Of a stretch of DNA of 64,000 nucleotides, positions 13,550 through 24,805 are shown in pieces. Every line of letters begins with the position of its first letter. The first letter of the stretch is position 1. The DNA lies in the NCBI GenBank assembly GCA_950097015.1, contig CATNEN010000033.1:248001-312000 (forward strand). The letters are read 5' to 3'. The translations under genes and the position numbers were made by a program. Origin of the DNA: Macrostomum hystrix (Eukaryota > Animalia > Platyhelminthes). The notes beneath the pieces were generated by a model. That model ran no database searches, was not told the DNA's origin, and saw only the letters and a list, made by a program, of their open reading frames with translations.

Positions 13550-16500
13550 ATGAGTTTCGGGGATCTTAAGACTGAGGCTGCTGTGCAAAAGCTTAACACA
13601 TACTTAGCAGACAAAAGCTACATTGAAGGGTAAGTATGCCAGTAAACTAGTTTCTAAAGAAATGCCACTGAATCGTTTTTTCAATTTAAAAATAAATCTA
13701 TAGTCCTAATTTACTTAGGCATCTAAATAGGCTAGCAGAAGCCTATTCCCTAATGCTGATTGTGATAGTGACTGCTAGGTTAAGACATGGATTTAAGACA
13801 AGACAAGACTAAGACAAGTTTGTGAGATGGGTTTTTACTCTATTTATTTATTTATTTTATTACTTACAGTGATATTATTATAGCTAGTTAGCTACATTGC
13901 AGCCACAAAGATAATATTACTCAGTAGGTAGGTTTGTAGTAGGTTTCAGTAGGTTTGTAGGGTAACAGGACAATTCGGTAACAGACAATTCGGTAACAGA
14001 CAGTTCAGTAACACCACAGGACAGTTCGGTAACATATCAAGGGACAGTTCGGTAACAATTGATTAACCTAGCTTGTAGAAGCCAAGGTTACCGCTTCGCG
14101 CCCTCTGATTGAGTCGATTGTGATAACCTTCCGGGCCATTGTTGGTTCGAATGCTGCGGTTGAAAACGCTAACTTCGTCGAGCTGCCAGACATGACTGTG
14201 GATCCACGTGTTAGCGATGTACTCACAGAGTGCGCTCAGCTGCTCATTTTCTACTGCCTGTTGCAACCTAGCATCGTTGCTAGTCCTAGCAAGGATAGTA
14301 GATACATTGTTAGAACAAACCTAGATTGATTTTATTGACTTTCAATTGTTACCGAACTGTCTCCTGTATGTTACCGAACTGTCCTTGAGTGTTACCGAAC
14401 TGTCTGTTACTGAACTGTCTGTTACCGAACTGTCTTGTATTCGTTTGTAGATAGGCCCTAATGTAATGCTCGAAAAATTACAGAGCATCGTAGAGATGTA
14501 GAGTCTGCTGCCAGTCATTCAGCAATAAATGTTGCTTGGGGTGCACTTCCAATGCAATTCCCAACCATACATTAGTCAATCACTATCTAGACTTTTTTTA
14601 TATAAATGACCCAACTGTTCACACAAATGCCATCAAAACATCAAAGGCACCTTAGCACCTAGGCACTTGTGAAGGTGAAGTTTTGTAGTCAGCATGGCAA
14701 CCTGTTTGACTCCCACCTCAGCAAGTTACTCTAGTACCAACTCTACCATATGAAGATTTTTGGCAACTTTCTGTATATTGCTGAGTGCTGACCAATTGCT
14801 ATGTTATGTAATATTGTTTCTTAAGCATTGTAACCTGTTTTATTACTTTAATAAAATTGCTTTTGTTTGTTTGATTACAATTAAATGATTTAACATGGGA
14901 AACTAGGACATTGCCCAAACTTCTATTTACAATTTAAATTTCAATACATTATATATATTAGGGCCTATAGAAAGTTTTATTATTTTTTCATGTGTAATTT
15001 GTAAGTACATGATATTAGCTAGATTAATTTTTTTGTCAAAAATAATACCTATTATTGCTCATTCAGAAGTGTTTAGTCAGGCTATTTATTTTTTGCTATA
15101 GTTATAGAACTATATTTCGCTACATATTATATGGTTTGCCAAAAAAACAAAAAAGCAAACTATTCAGCTACAATCCATAGTCAGGAAGGTGTCCAGTGTA
15201 CACAGGAACTAATTCTGGGCAAAATTAAGCCTGTAGGCCAATGTATGCCATTTTTTTAGCTTCATTTCAAACATTACGCTGTACTCTCAAGTCCTTTTTC
15301 CGTATCATTTTGTGCGCATTCGGCACATATTCACCCTCAAAGCACGCAAGGTTTTGTATTTAAAAAATTTCACACATTAGTTTTATTTGAATGTACTTGT
15401 TTTTTAAATTGGATTTTATGAAAGAATGGACTACTTTATTGCATGCAACAATTTGAAAAAAATTGAAAACAGAAACAAATAAAACAATTTTTTTTCCACA
15501 AAAGTGTAAAATAACAATCTTTAGAAATAGTTTTTCATTATCTGCTTACTTTTTATTATTCTTTAATTTTTTCAATGGCCATAAATCAGCAAAGACATAC
15601 AATACAACGCAAATAAGATTGAATATGATTTGTTAAAAAGGTCACAGTGCTTGTTTACATATGCGGACAGTGGTTATGATGTCGCCAATTAAAATAGTAT
15701 GCCGATTTTTTCATTCTGTTGTGTGTAGGCAGATACGCCAGTTTTCTGAAGATCTGTACACCGAAACTGATTCTAATGGCCAAGTATATGCGGGAATATT
15801 CCTGTGTATGGACACTTTCCTGACTATGGGCTACAATTTCACTATTTATTTAATCTAGCTACCTATCAGTAGTTTTTTAGTCAATAAGCCATTAGTCATT
15901 TATTTTATATTGTTTATTTGCATTACTTCATTACTGCTATTCATTCAGTAATATAAAGTATTACTCAGCATAATATATTGGTAGGCCTAATTTATGGCTT
16001 TTGACATTTTATGGTTTTACCTAGCTAGTCTATGTATTGAATACAAAGTTATTCCATGATTGTAGCTAGCTAAGGCATTGCCATTATCTGAAAATCTAGA
16101 GTTCCTAATTTGGGCAGATATAATAGAATAATCCTATTGGAGTGAATAAGTTTAATTTTTGTCCTATGACCTTGAGGAAATGTCTATAGATCTTTTAGTT
16201 CTATATCAGTGTATTCCTTACGCCAAGTATAATATATTACAGTGTAGCGCATAACACATTACACCTTAACTTGTAGTTACCAACCAACAGCAGCTGATGT
16301 TGATGTGTTTAATGCCCTGTCTGGCGCGCCCAAGGAGGCCTTGAATCACGCCCTGCGCTGGTACAAGCACATTGCCTCCTACAGTCAGGCTGAACGGTCG
16401 GCCTTCCCTGGTGGTAAGGCCAAGCCTGCTGCCGCTGCTGATGACGATGATGTGGATCTGTTTGGCAGCGATGATGAGAACGATGCTGAGGCAGAGCGTG

Positions 16501-17290
16501 TTAAGCAGGTAAAATTTTAATTGAGATTTGAACTTTTAAAAGAGAAACAAAATAATTTTTTTTTCACTGCCTGACGATGAGAAAGTCAGGGCAGATGTAT
16601 GCATTTGTGAGTGTGTGCCTGCATAAGGTATTTGTGTGCGTGTGTACTCAGGAGTCAGCGGAATGGGCAGAATTGTCTACAGCCCTCCTGCGATTACTAG
16701 TCTTATGTCACAGGGAGGTTGTAGTCCAGTTGTTAGAACTTAAAGAATATAATTCTGAACGAGAGGTCAGTAGTTCTGGTCTCAAGAAATAAAATTTCAT
16801 TTTATAAGAAATAAAAAGTGGCTTCAGCATCAGCTGGAACAGCTTAATACATGTAGACTGTTAGATGTTTTTTATAATCTCTATGGACAATGTAAAGTAC
16901 TGGAGTTCTCTAGCTTGTGCATTAGGTAGCGTGTTTGTCATTATTTAATAGCTGTATGCAATCTGCCTGCAGGAGCGCCTTCAAGCCTACCAGGACAAGA
17001 AGTCCAAGAAGCCAGCCCTGATTGCCAAGAGCAGCATTATCCTAGACGTGAAGCCGTGGGACGATGAGACAGACATGGCCGAGATGGAGCGCAAGGTGCG
17101 CAGCATTGTAGCCGACGGCCTGCTGTGGGGCGCCAGCAAGCTTGTCCCAGTCGGCTACGGCATCAAGAAGCTGCAGATCAACTGTGTTGTTGAAGACGAT
17201 AAGATTGGCACCGACTTCCTGGAGGAGGAGATCACCAAATTTGAGGATCTAGTGCAGTCCGTTGACGTGGCCGCCTTCCAGAAGATCTAA
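13550..17290 (+). CDS. eef1b: Elongation factor 1-beta
   Basis: Exons 13550-13629 ([27 protein letters not shown]), 16277-16508 (YQPTAADV...[12 protein letters not shown]...[14 protein letters not shown]) and 16973-17290 ([17 protein letters not shown]...[12 protein letters not shown]); phases 2 and 0 are consistent. Confidence 0.96.
13961..14442 (-). mobile_element. Non-autonomous Mutator-like (MULE) DNA transposon, 482 bp, in EF-1-beta intron 1
   Basis: Inverted ends made of tandem gacagttcggtaac subrepeats; exact 8-bp TSD GTTTGTAG at 13953-13960 and 14443-14450; internal minus-strand fragment WIHSHVW...[14 protein letters not shown] matches the MULE transposase C-terminal RTNNxxEGxHxxLN motif. 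Confidence 0.85.
16565..16790 (+). ncRNA. Candidate structured intronic RNA (sno/scaRNA-like) in EF-1-beta intron 2
   Basis: Hairpin 16567-16594, G.U-rich stem 16597-16647, long hairpin 16671-16731, C-box-like ACGATGA at 16574 and CTGA at 16755. The host is a translation-factor gene. No target identified. Confidence 0.3.
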
Positions 17291-17577
17291 TAATACTTTG
17301 CTTGAAGTTTTAGCTAAATTTGGGGCCTGGTGGCAATTAAGAGAAATCAAATAATTCTTTTTTTTGGTTATGCAAGTAAGTAATTTCAAGTAAACTGACT
17401 GACCATAAAGCCAATCTTAGAATATTCAAAATGGCTCTGGTTGCTTGTGACAATTGGACGAAAAATATGTTAATAGCTTTTGCTTGCCTTCGTTTTTTAT
17501 GTTTGACTAGGATATTATATTCTAGTTTTAGTCCTTATCGTTAAATTTAATTAAATAATTCGCGTTTTTTCATCCAA

Positions 17578-17975
17578 CCAGTCCTACTGTCTTATGACCC
17601 ATCCTACTGTCTTATGACCCAGCCTACTGTCTTATGACCCAGCCTACTGTCTTATGACCCAGCCTACTGTCTTATGACCCATCCTACTGTCTTATGACCC
17701 ATCCTACTGTCTTATGACCCAGCCTACTGTCTTATGACCCAGCCTACTGTCTTATGAACCAGCCCACTGTCTTATGACCCAGTCTACTGTCTCATGACCC
17801 AGTCTACTGTCTTATGACCCATCCTACTGTCTTATGACCCAGCCTACTGCCTCATGACCCAGCCTACTGTCTCTTGACCCAGTCTACTGCCTCATGACCC
17901 AGCCTACTGTCTTATGACCCATCCTACTGCCTCATGACCCACCCTACTGTCTCTTGAACCAATCCTACTGTCTCA
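17578..17975. repeat. 20-bp minisatellite (agcctactgtcttatgaccc) between EF-1-beta and Rab24
   Basis: 20-nt period at 17581-17640; related to the 21-bp unit inside the Rab24 intron. Confidence 0.93.
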
Positions 17976-18059
17976 TTTTTCGCATAATTTTATTGCAGCG
18001 GCATCTCATCTTCATCGTCTCAACTCATCAGTAGCTGCAGTAAGTTTCATACATTCGCC

Positions 18060-19891
18060 ATGGCTTCTGCTGCTACCGCCCAGGCTGAGTCGCCGGTCGC
18101 TACCATCGACTTAAAGGTGGTGCTGCTAGGTCAGCAGTATGTCGGCAAGACTGCCCTCATGGAGCGTTTCCTACACGAGCGATTCTTATCAGCCGACGGC
18201 TACCAGACCACCATAGGGGCTGCTTACGGCTCCAAGAGGATCTGGTTGAAGCCGCAGACCAAGTCTGTCGTTGTCGGCGTCTGGGACACGGCCGGTGGCG
18301 AGCACTATCAATCGCTGACTCGCATCTACTATAGGGGCGCCCGGGCTGCCATTCTTTGCTTTGATCTAACTCAAGCCAATAGCCTGTCTAGGGCGCAGTT
18401 CTGGGCCGCCGAGCTGAACAAATATGAGCCCGGCTGTCGGGTGTACGTTTGCGGCTGCAAGCTGGACCTCGTTGCCGCGGATCCTGGCGCGCGCACTGTG
18501 TCGCCAGCAGCTGTTAAAAAGTTTGCCAATGGTAAGCTATTGCTTACAGGCTGATGACCAAGTCCTACTGTCACATGACCCAGCCCTTCTGCCCCATGAA
18601 CCAGTCCTACTGCTCCATGACCAAGTCCTACTGTCCCATGACCCAGTCCTACTGTCTCATGACCCAGTCCTACTGCCCCATGACCAAGTCCTACTGTCCC
18701 ATGACCCAGTCCTACTGCCCCATGACCAAGTCCTACTGTCCCATGACCCAGTCCTACTGTCCCATGACCCAGTCCTACTGTCCCATGACCCAGTCCTACT
18801 GCCCCATGACCCAGTCCTACTGTCCCATGACCAAGTCCTACTGCCCCATGACCCAGTCCTACTGTCCCATGACCCAGTCCTACTGCCCCATGACCAAGTC
18901 CTACTGTCCCATGACCCAGTCCTACTGCCCCATGACCCAGTCCTACTGTCCCATGACCAAGTCCTACTGCCCCATGACCCAGTCCTACTGCCCCATGACC
19001 CAGTCCTACTGTCCCATGACCCAGTCCTACTGCCCCATGACCCAGTCCTACTGCCCCATGACCAAGTCCTACTGTCCCATGACCAAGTCCTACTGCCCCA
19101 TGACCCAGTCCTACTGTCCCATGACCCAGTCCTACTGTCCCATGACCAAGTCCTACTGTCCCATCACCCAGTCCTACTGTCCCATGACCCAGTCCTACTG
19201 TCCCATGACCCAGTCCTACTGCCCCATGACCCAGTCCTACTGTCCCATGACCCAGTCCTACTGCCCCATGACCCAGTCCTACTGCCCCATGACCAAGTCC
19301 TACTGTCCCATGACCCAGTCCTACTGTCTCATGACCCAGTCCTACTGTCCCATGACCCAGTCCTACTGCCCCATGACCCAGTCCTACTGTCCCATGACCC
19401 AGTCCTACTGTCCCATGACCCAGTCCTACTGTCTCATCACCCAGTCCTACTGTCCCATCACCCAGTCCTACTGTCCCATGACCCAGTCCTACTGTCCCAT
19501 GACCCAGTCCTACTGCCCCATGACCCAGTCCTACTGCCCCATGACCCAGTCCTACTGTCTCATCACCCAGTCCTACTGTCTCATCACCCAGTCCTACTGT
19601 CTCATCACCCAGTCCTACTGTCCCATCACCCAGTCCTACTGTCCCATCACCCAGTCCTACTGTCCCATGACCCAGTCATACTGTCTCATGCCATCACCAC
19701 TGCCATATTCAACAGACCTCGGCGCGTCAGTATTCGAAACCTCCAGCAAGACTGGCGAGAATGTGGCCGAGCTGTTCGCCGCAATCGCCGCGGAGTACAT
19801 CGGCGGCGGCTCTGGGCCGAGTAGCGACAGCGCAGCAATATCACTGCATGAAAATCAGCAGCAGAAGCCGCAGAAGCAGTGCGGATGCTGA
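18060..19891 (+). CDS. RAB24: Rab24-like small GTPase
   Basis: Exons 18060-18531 and 19716-19891 (phase 1). Motifs KVVLLGQQYVGKT, ERFL, TIGAAY, WDTAGGEHY, IYYRGARAA, AQFWAAEL, GCKLD and FETSSKTGENV match Rab24 features; C-terminal CGC. Confidence 0.9.
18556..19690. repeat. 21-bp minisatellite (atgacccagtcctactgtccc), about 54 copies, fills the Rab24 intron
   Basis: Lies between donor GTAAGC at 18532 and acceptor AG at 19714-19715. Confidence 0.95.
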
Positions 19892-21429
19892 ACTTCTTCT
19901 TGCGAACTAAAACTCGTACAAATTTTAAAGAAAGTACTATTTTTTACATTTTCGCTTACTACTACTTGTTAGTAGCAATCGTTTTAAATAATTCTCGTAC
20001 AGGTTTATCGTTTCCAATATTTTGTGCCATTTCGCGTCATAACAAAATTTGCTCTTGTCTTTCGCTTGCGGCGTCGATTCGCCCTGTGGATTATTTCTAT
20101 AATATATTTTATTTCTAAATCAATAAAATTACGTTTACTCGTTTTTTACTTTTCTACTATTTTGCGCCGTGCTTTATGATACTCGTATATCATATTTAGG
20201 ACTACTCTTTACAATTGAACAATTAATCACATGTGCATATTTGCCTCGTCTGGCACAGATTCTCATCAGCCTTTTCTACATTGCACTGCTATTTCTCTTG
20301 TTCGAATTGTTCTTTTATTTTCGAATTTTCGGCCTGCCGTTTTCTGTCGAACGAGATCGAACGAGCCTTTGGTCATGCTTGCTTGCTTTGATTAGAAGCT
20401 TTGCTGTTCTCGTATCACAGCATTTTCTACCCCAGCGCCAGCGTGGGACATGATTGTACGTCCAGCCTAAACGGGAGTGGGAGTTCAGTAACTAACTTCG
20501 AAGCCGTCCGGCGTCAGCATCGCCGAGATATTCAGTAATACTTGTCGGAAACCCGACTGGTTTTTGCCACAAACCTACTGTTTGTCCTAGTCCAGTCCTA
20601 CTAGGTCAGCAGTATGAACCAGCTGACCTAGACACCCCGACGACGACAAATATCTTATAATATGCGAGCGTCTTTGTAAGAAACAGAAATAAAATGACGG
20701 TATTTTAAATACCCCCATAGCTACAGACTTCTAATTAAAATGTGTGAAGTATGACAATTAATTGCTTCATCTGGCTGAAAACAGGACCATCTGTGATGGA
20801 AACCATTGATAGTGGTGGCTGCACAGAGGTATTCTATGTAAGGAGCTTATTTCTTAGAAACCGGTCCAGTGCCAGCGCAGGATGGCGATCCGAAACAGGT
20901 GTTCCTTCGAAAGCTCGCTAGCTTTTATCGTCACCAGCTGCACGATAAGACGCGATTAGGCTGCGATGTCTCCAAACGTATCGGTCAAGAATTATAATAC
21001 TGCTGGTTTTTTAACTCCCCTAATTAACAAGCTACAGATAATACCTTAGTAGGCAGGTCAGACAAAGACCAGTCTCGTTAATCACAGCTTGATGCGGTAA
21101 TCTAGCTTTGAGACTGTTATTGCTAGAGAAACAGAGGGTGACCCGACAGGTCGAGGAGCTCTGATGCTTTTCGCATTCAGACAGTTGGTGTCGAAGCTCA
21201 ATGATCTGAATGCGAGATCGAACAGGCAGAGCAGCTAGTACATTGCAGCGACGATGTCGACTGTGATCAGCGCTTTTGCCCTGATGTGGCCAGAGCAGTA
21301 ACAAAGACTACTTTGCTTGCTCGGTATGTCGGTATGGTCGCATTCATGCACTGACCGAGCTGCATCTCTGACATTCATCACGACTGTCCCGCCTGTCGTC
21401 AATGCTATTATTCCTGTTGCGATTCCACA

Positions 21430-22625
21430 AGTTATTTATCCTGCTGCGATTCTAGTTATTTATCCTGCTGCGATTCTAGTTGTTGCTCCTGCTGCGATTC
21501 TAGTTATTTATCTTGCTGCGATTCTATAGTTGTTGCTCCTGTTGCGATTCTAGTTATTTATCTTGCTGCGATTCTATAGTTGTTGCTCCTGTTGCGATTC
21601 TAGTTATTTATCCTGCTGCGATTCTAGTTGTTGCTCCTGCTGCGATTCTAGTTATTTATCCTGCTGCGATTCTAGTTGTTGCTCCTGCTGCGATTCTAGT
21701 TATTTATCTTGCTGCGATTCTATAGTTGTTGCTCCTGTTGCGATTCTAGTTATTTATCTTGCTGCGATTCTATAGTTGTTGCTCCTGTTGCGATTCTAGT
21801 TATTTATCCTGCTGCGATTCTAGTTGTTTATCCTGCTGCGATTCTAGTTGTTGCTCCTGCTGCGATTCTAGTTATTTATCTTGCTGCGATTCTATAGTTG
21901 TTGCTCCTGTTGCGATTCTAGTTATTTATCTTGCTGCGATTCTATAGTTGTTGCTCCTGTTGCGATTCTAGTTATTTATCCTGCTGCGATTCTAGTTGTT
22001 GCTCCTGCTGCGATTCTAGTCATTTATCCTGCTGCGATTCTAGTTATTTATCCTGCTGCGATTCTAGTTATTTATCCTGCTGCGATTCTAGTTGTTGCTC
22101 CTGCTGCGATTCTAGTTGTTGCTCCTGCTGCGATTCTAGTTATTTATCCTGCTGCGATTCTAGTTATTTATCCTGCTGCGATTCTAGTTATTTATCCTGC
22201 TGCGATTCTAGTTGTTGCTCCTGCTGCGATTCTAGTTATTTATCCTGCTGCGATTCTAGTTATTTATCCTGCTGCGATTCTAGTTGTTGCTCCTGCTGCG
22301 ATTTTAGTTGTTGCTCCTGCTGCGATTCTAGTTATTTATCCTGCTGCGATTCTAGTTATTTATCCTGCTGCGATTCTAGTTATTTATCCTGCTGCGATTC
22401 TAGTTATTTATCCTGCTGCGATTCTAGTTGTTGCTCCTGCTGCGATTCTAGTTATTTATCCTGCTGCGATTCTAGTTATTTATCCTGCTGCGATTCTAGT
22501 TGTTGCTCCTGCTGCGATTCTAGTCATTTATCCTGCTGCGATTCTAGTTGTTGCTCCTGCTGCGATTCTAGTCATTTATCCTGCTGCGATTCTAGTTATT
22601 TATTCTGCTGCGATTCTAGTCATTT
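21430..22625. repeat. 24-bp two-variant minisatellite (ctgctgcgattctagttatttatc / ...gttgttgctc)
   Basis: Two unit types plus occasional 26-nt variants; source of the PAAILV and SCCDS pseudo-ORFs. Confidence 0.95.
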
Positions 22626-23034
22626 AGCTTCGATAGCTGCTATATATATACGAAAGTGTTACGGCTGTCTGATCTCTGTTCTCTATTCATAATCCCTACG
22701 TGTGCTCATTCCCCGCTGTAAAATAATCCTCATACTGGAAAAGCGACTGAGCCTAGCCATTGATTTGATTAGCTTTTTCTCACTGAAGAGAGTCGGCCTG
22801 ATTCAATGCCTATATAAGGCAATGCAATATTACTATTACGAGTTGTAGCATTGTGTCATTTCTCATGTTAGCTTTCATCCTCGTACAAACTCATAAATAT
22901 GTCTGCCAAGGTCAGTTAATCTAGTGATAGCAATACTGCTGCTGTGGTGTCTGCAATAGGCCAGGATATAGTTGCCTTTTGCTGTCTAGCTTGTCAGCTT
23001 CTAAAGAAATTGCAATCTAAAAGCGCGCTGCCAT

Positions 23035-23820
23035 GGATTTGTGTGTTGTTTAACCGTGGATTTGTGTGTTTTTTAACCGTGGATTTGTGCGGGATCATCA
23101 TGGATTTGTGTGGGATCACCATGGATTTGTGTGGTATAACCGTGGATTTGTGTGGGATCACCATGGATTTGTGTGGGATCACCATGGATTTGTGTAGGAT
23201 CATCATGGATTTGTGTAGGATCACCATTGATTTGTGTAGGATCACCATTGATTTGTGTGGGATCACCATGGATTTGTGTAGGATCACCATTGATTTGTGT
23301 GGGATCACCATAGATTTGGGTGGGATCACCATTGATTTGTGTGGGATCACCATAGATTTGGGTGGGATCACCATTGATTTGTGTGGGATCACCATAGATT
23401 TGGGTGGGATCACCATTGATTTGTGTGGGATCATCATGGATTTGTGTAGGATCACCATTGATTTGTGTGGGATCACCATTGATTTGTGTGGGATCACCAT
23501 AGATTTGGGTGGGATCACCATTGATTTGTGTGGGATCATCATGGGTTTGTGTAGGATCACCATTGATTTGTGTGGGATCACCATAGATTTGGGTGGGATC
23601 ACCATTGATTTGTGTGGGATCACCATAGATTTGGGTGGGATCACCATTGATTTGTGTGGGATCACCATAGATTTGGGTGGGATCACCATTGATTTGTGTG
23701 GGATCACCATTGGTTTGTGTGGGATCACCATAGATTTGGGTGGGATCACCATTGATTTGTGTGGGATCACCATAGATTTGGGTGGGATCACCATGGATTT
23801 GTGTTGGATCACCATGGATT
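23035..23820. repeat. 21-bp minisatellite (ggatcaccattgatttgtgtg), about 37 copies
   Basis: Direct repeat; source of the ITIDLCG pseudo-ORF. Confidence 0.95.
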
Positions 23821-24215
23821 CGGGGGAAATATGCTTGAAAACGGGAAGTAACAGCTGATATTGGGGTTTGCGGAAAATCTGGCGTGATTGATGCTTTCTA
23901 AAAGCTGTCAGAACTGAGTGGAGCTGTGATTCGGGAGTAAATAAACTCTGGAGTGGGGAGTTTTTGCACTGTAGGGAATATAAAGCCAAGTATAGCAGCC
24001 GTATGCATTAATGAACAGAACTCCGCTAGAGAATCCCTTTGGTTTTCAAAAGCACTATTTTGGGGGAGGGACTGCAGCTGGGGGGAAGAAACCCTGGTTT
24101 GCCAATCAATCGGAGTTTTCCTTCCACTCCCAACCTTAACCCCCTCTTGAGCGATCGCTTGACCGCGCTAAGCACTTCGCCCTTAGAGAGAGTTCTACTG
24201 TCGGCCGCCGCCGTC

Positions 24216-24250
<35 letters not shown>

Positions 24251-24601
24251 GTGCCATTTACACCCTAAGTCTCACTTTTCGTTCCTTTCTCCTTTAAATT
24301 ATCCTTTTCCAACACTCCTCGTTCCACTCAACGCACTCTCTCGTCAAATCCCGTGTGACATATTAGATTCAAATGTGTTTTCTGCAGTGGCTCCTGGTTT
24401 TGTAAAAGTTATTCTATATTTAAACAACCAACAAGTAGACAGGCATATGTAGTAAAAACTAAGTGTTATGCCTTCATATTTAGTCAGACATAATTTTCTA
24501 CTTGTAATTTACTATGGTTTCTTCAAGCAATACATTTCTACAATTTTAATAAGGGTACAGTGAAAATTGAACCTATTGAAACACTCCAGTGTAAATCCAC
24601 T

Positions 24602-24805
24602 GCGAGGAGTGTGAGGGAGTTACAATTTGGGTGAGGAAAGGGTAGAGAGAATTTTTTTTTATTTCCAGCCAATCAGCGCTGCGATGGGAGAGAGGGAGTC
24701 ACAACTTGGCTGATGAAAGGGTAGAGAGAAAATATTAATTTTTGCCAGCCAATCACTGTTGCGATGGGAGTGAGGGAGTCACAATTTGGCTGAAGAAATA
24801 GTAGA
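24602..24805. promoter_or_regulatory. About 80-bp unit repeated 2.5 times with CCAAT boxes (enhancer- or LTR-U3-like)
   Basis: Units start at 24602, 24681 and 24761; AGCCAATCA cores at 24669 and 24749. Function is inferred only. Confidence 0.4.

Noticed and set aside
16671-16731. Known miRNA (let-7 or miR-2 resemblance) in the long hairpin
   Set aside because: Neither arm carries the seed of those families; kept only as part of the unassigned structured RNA.
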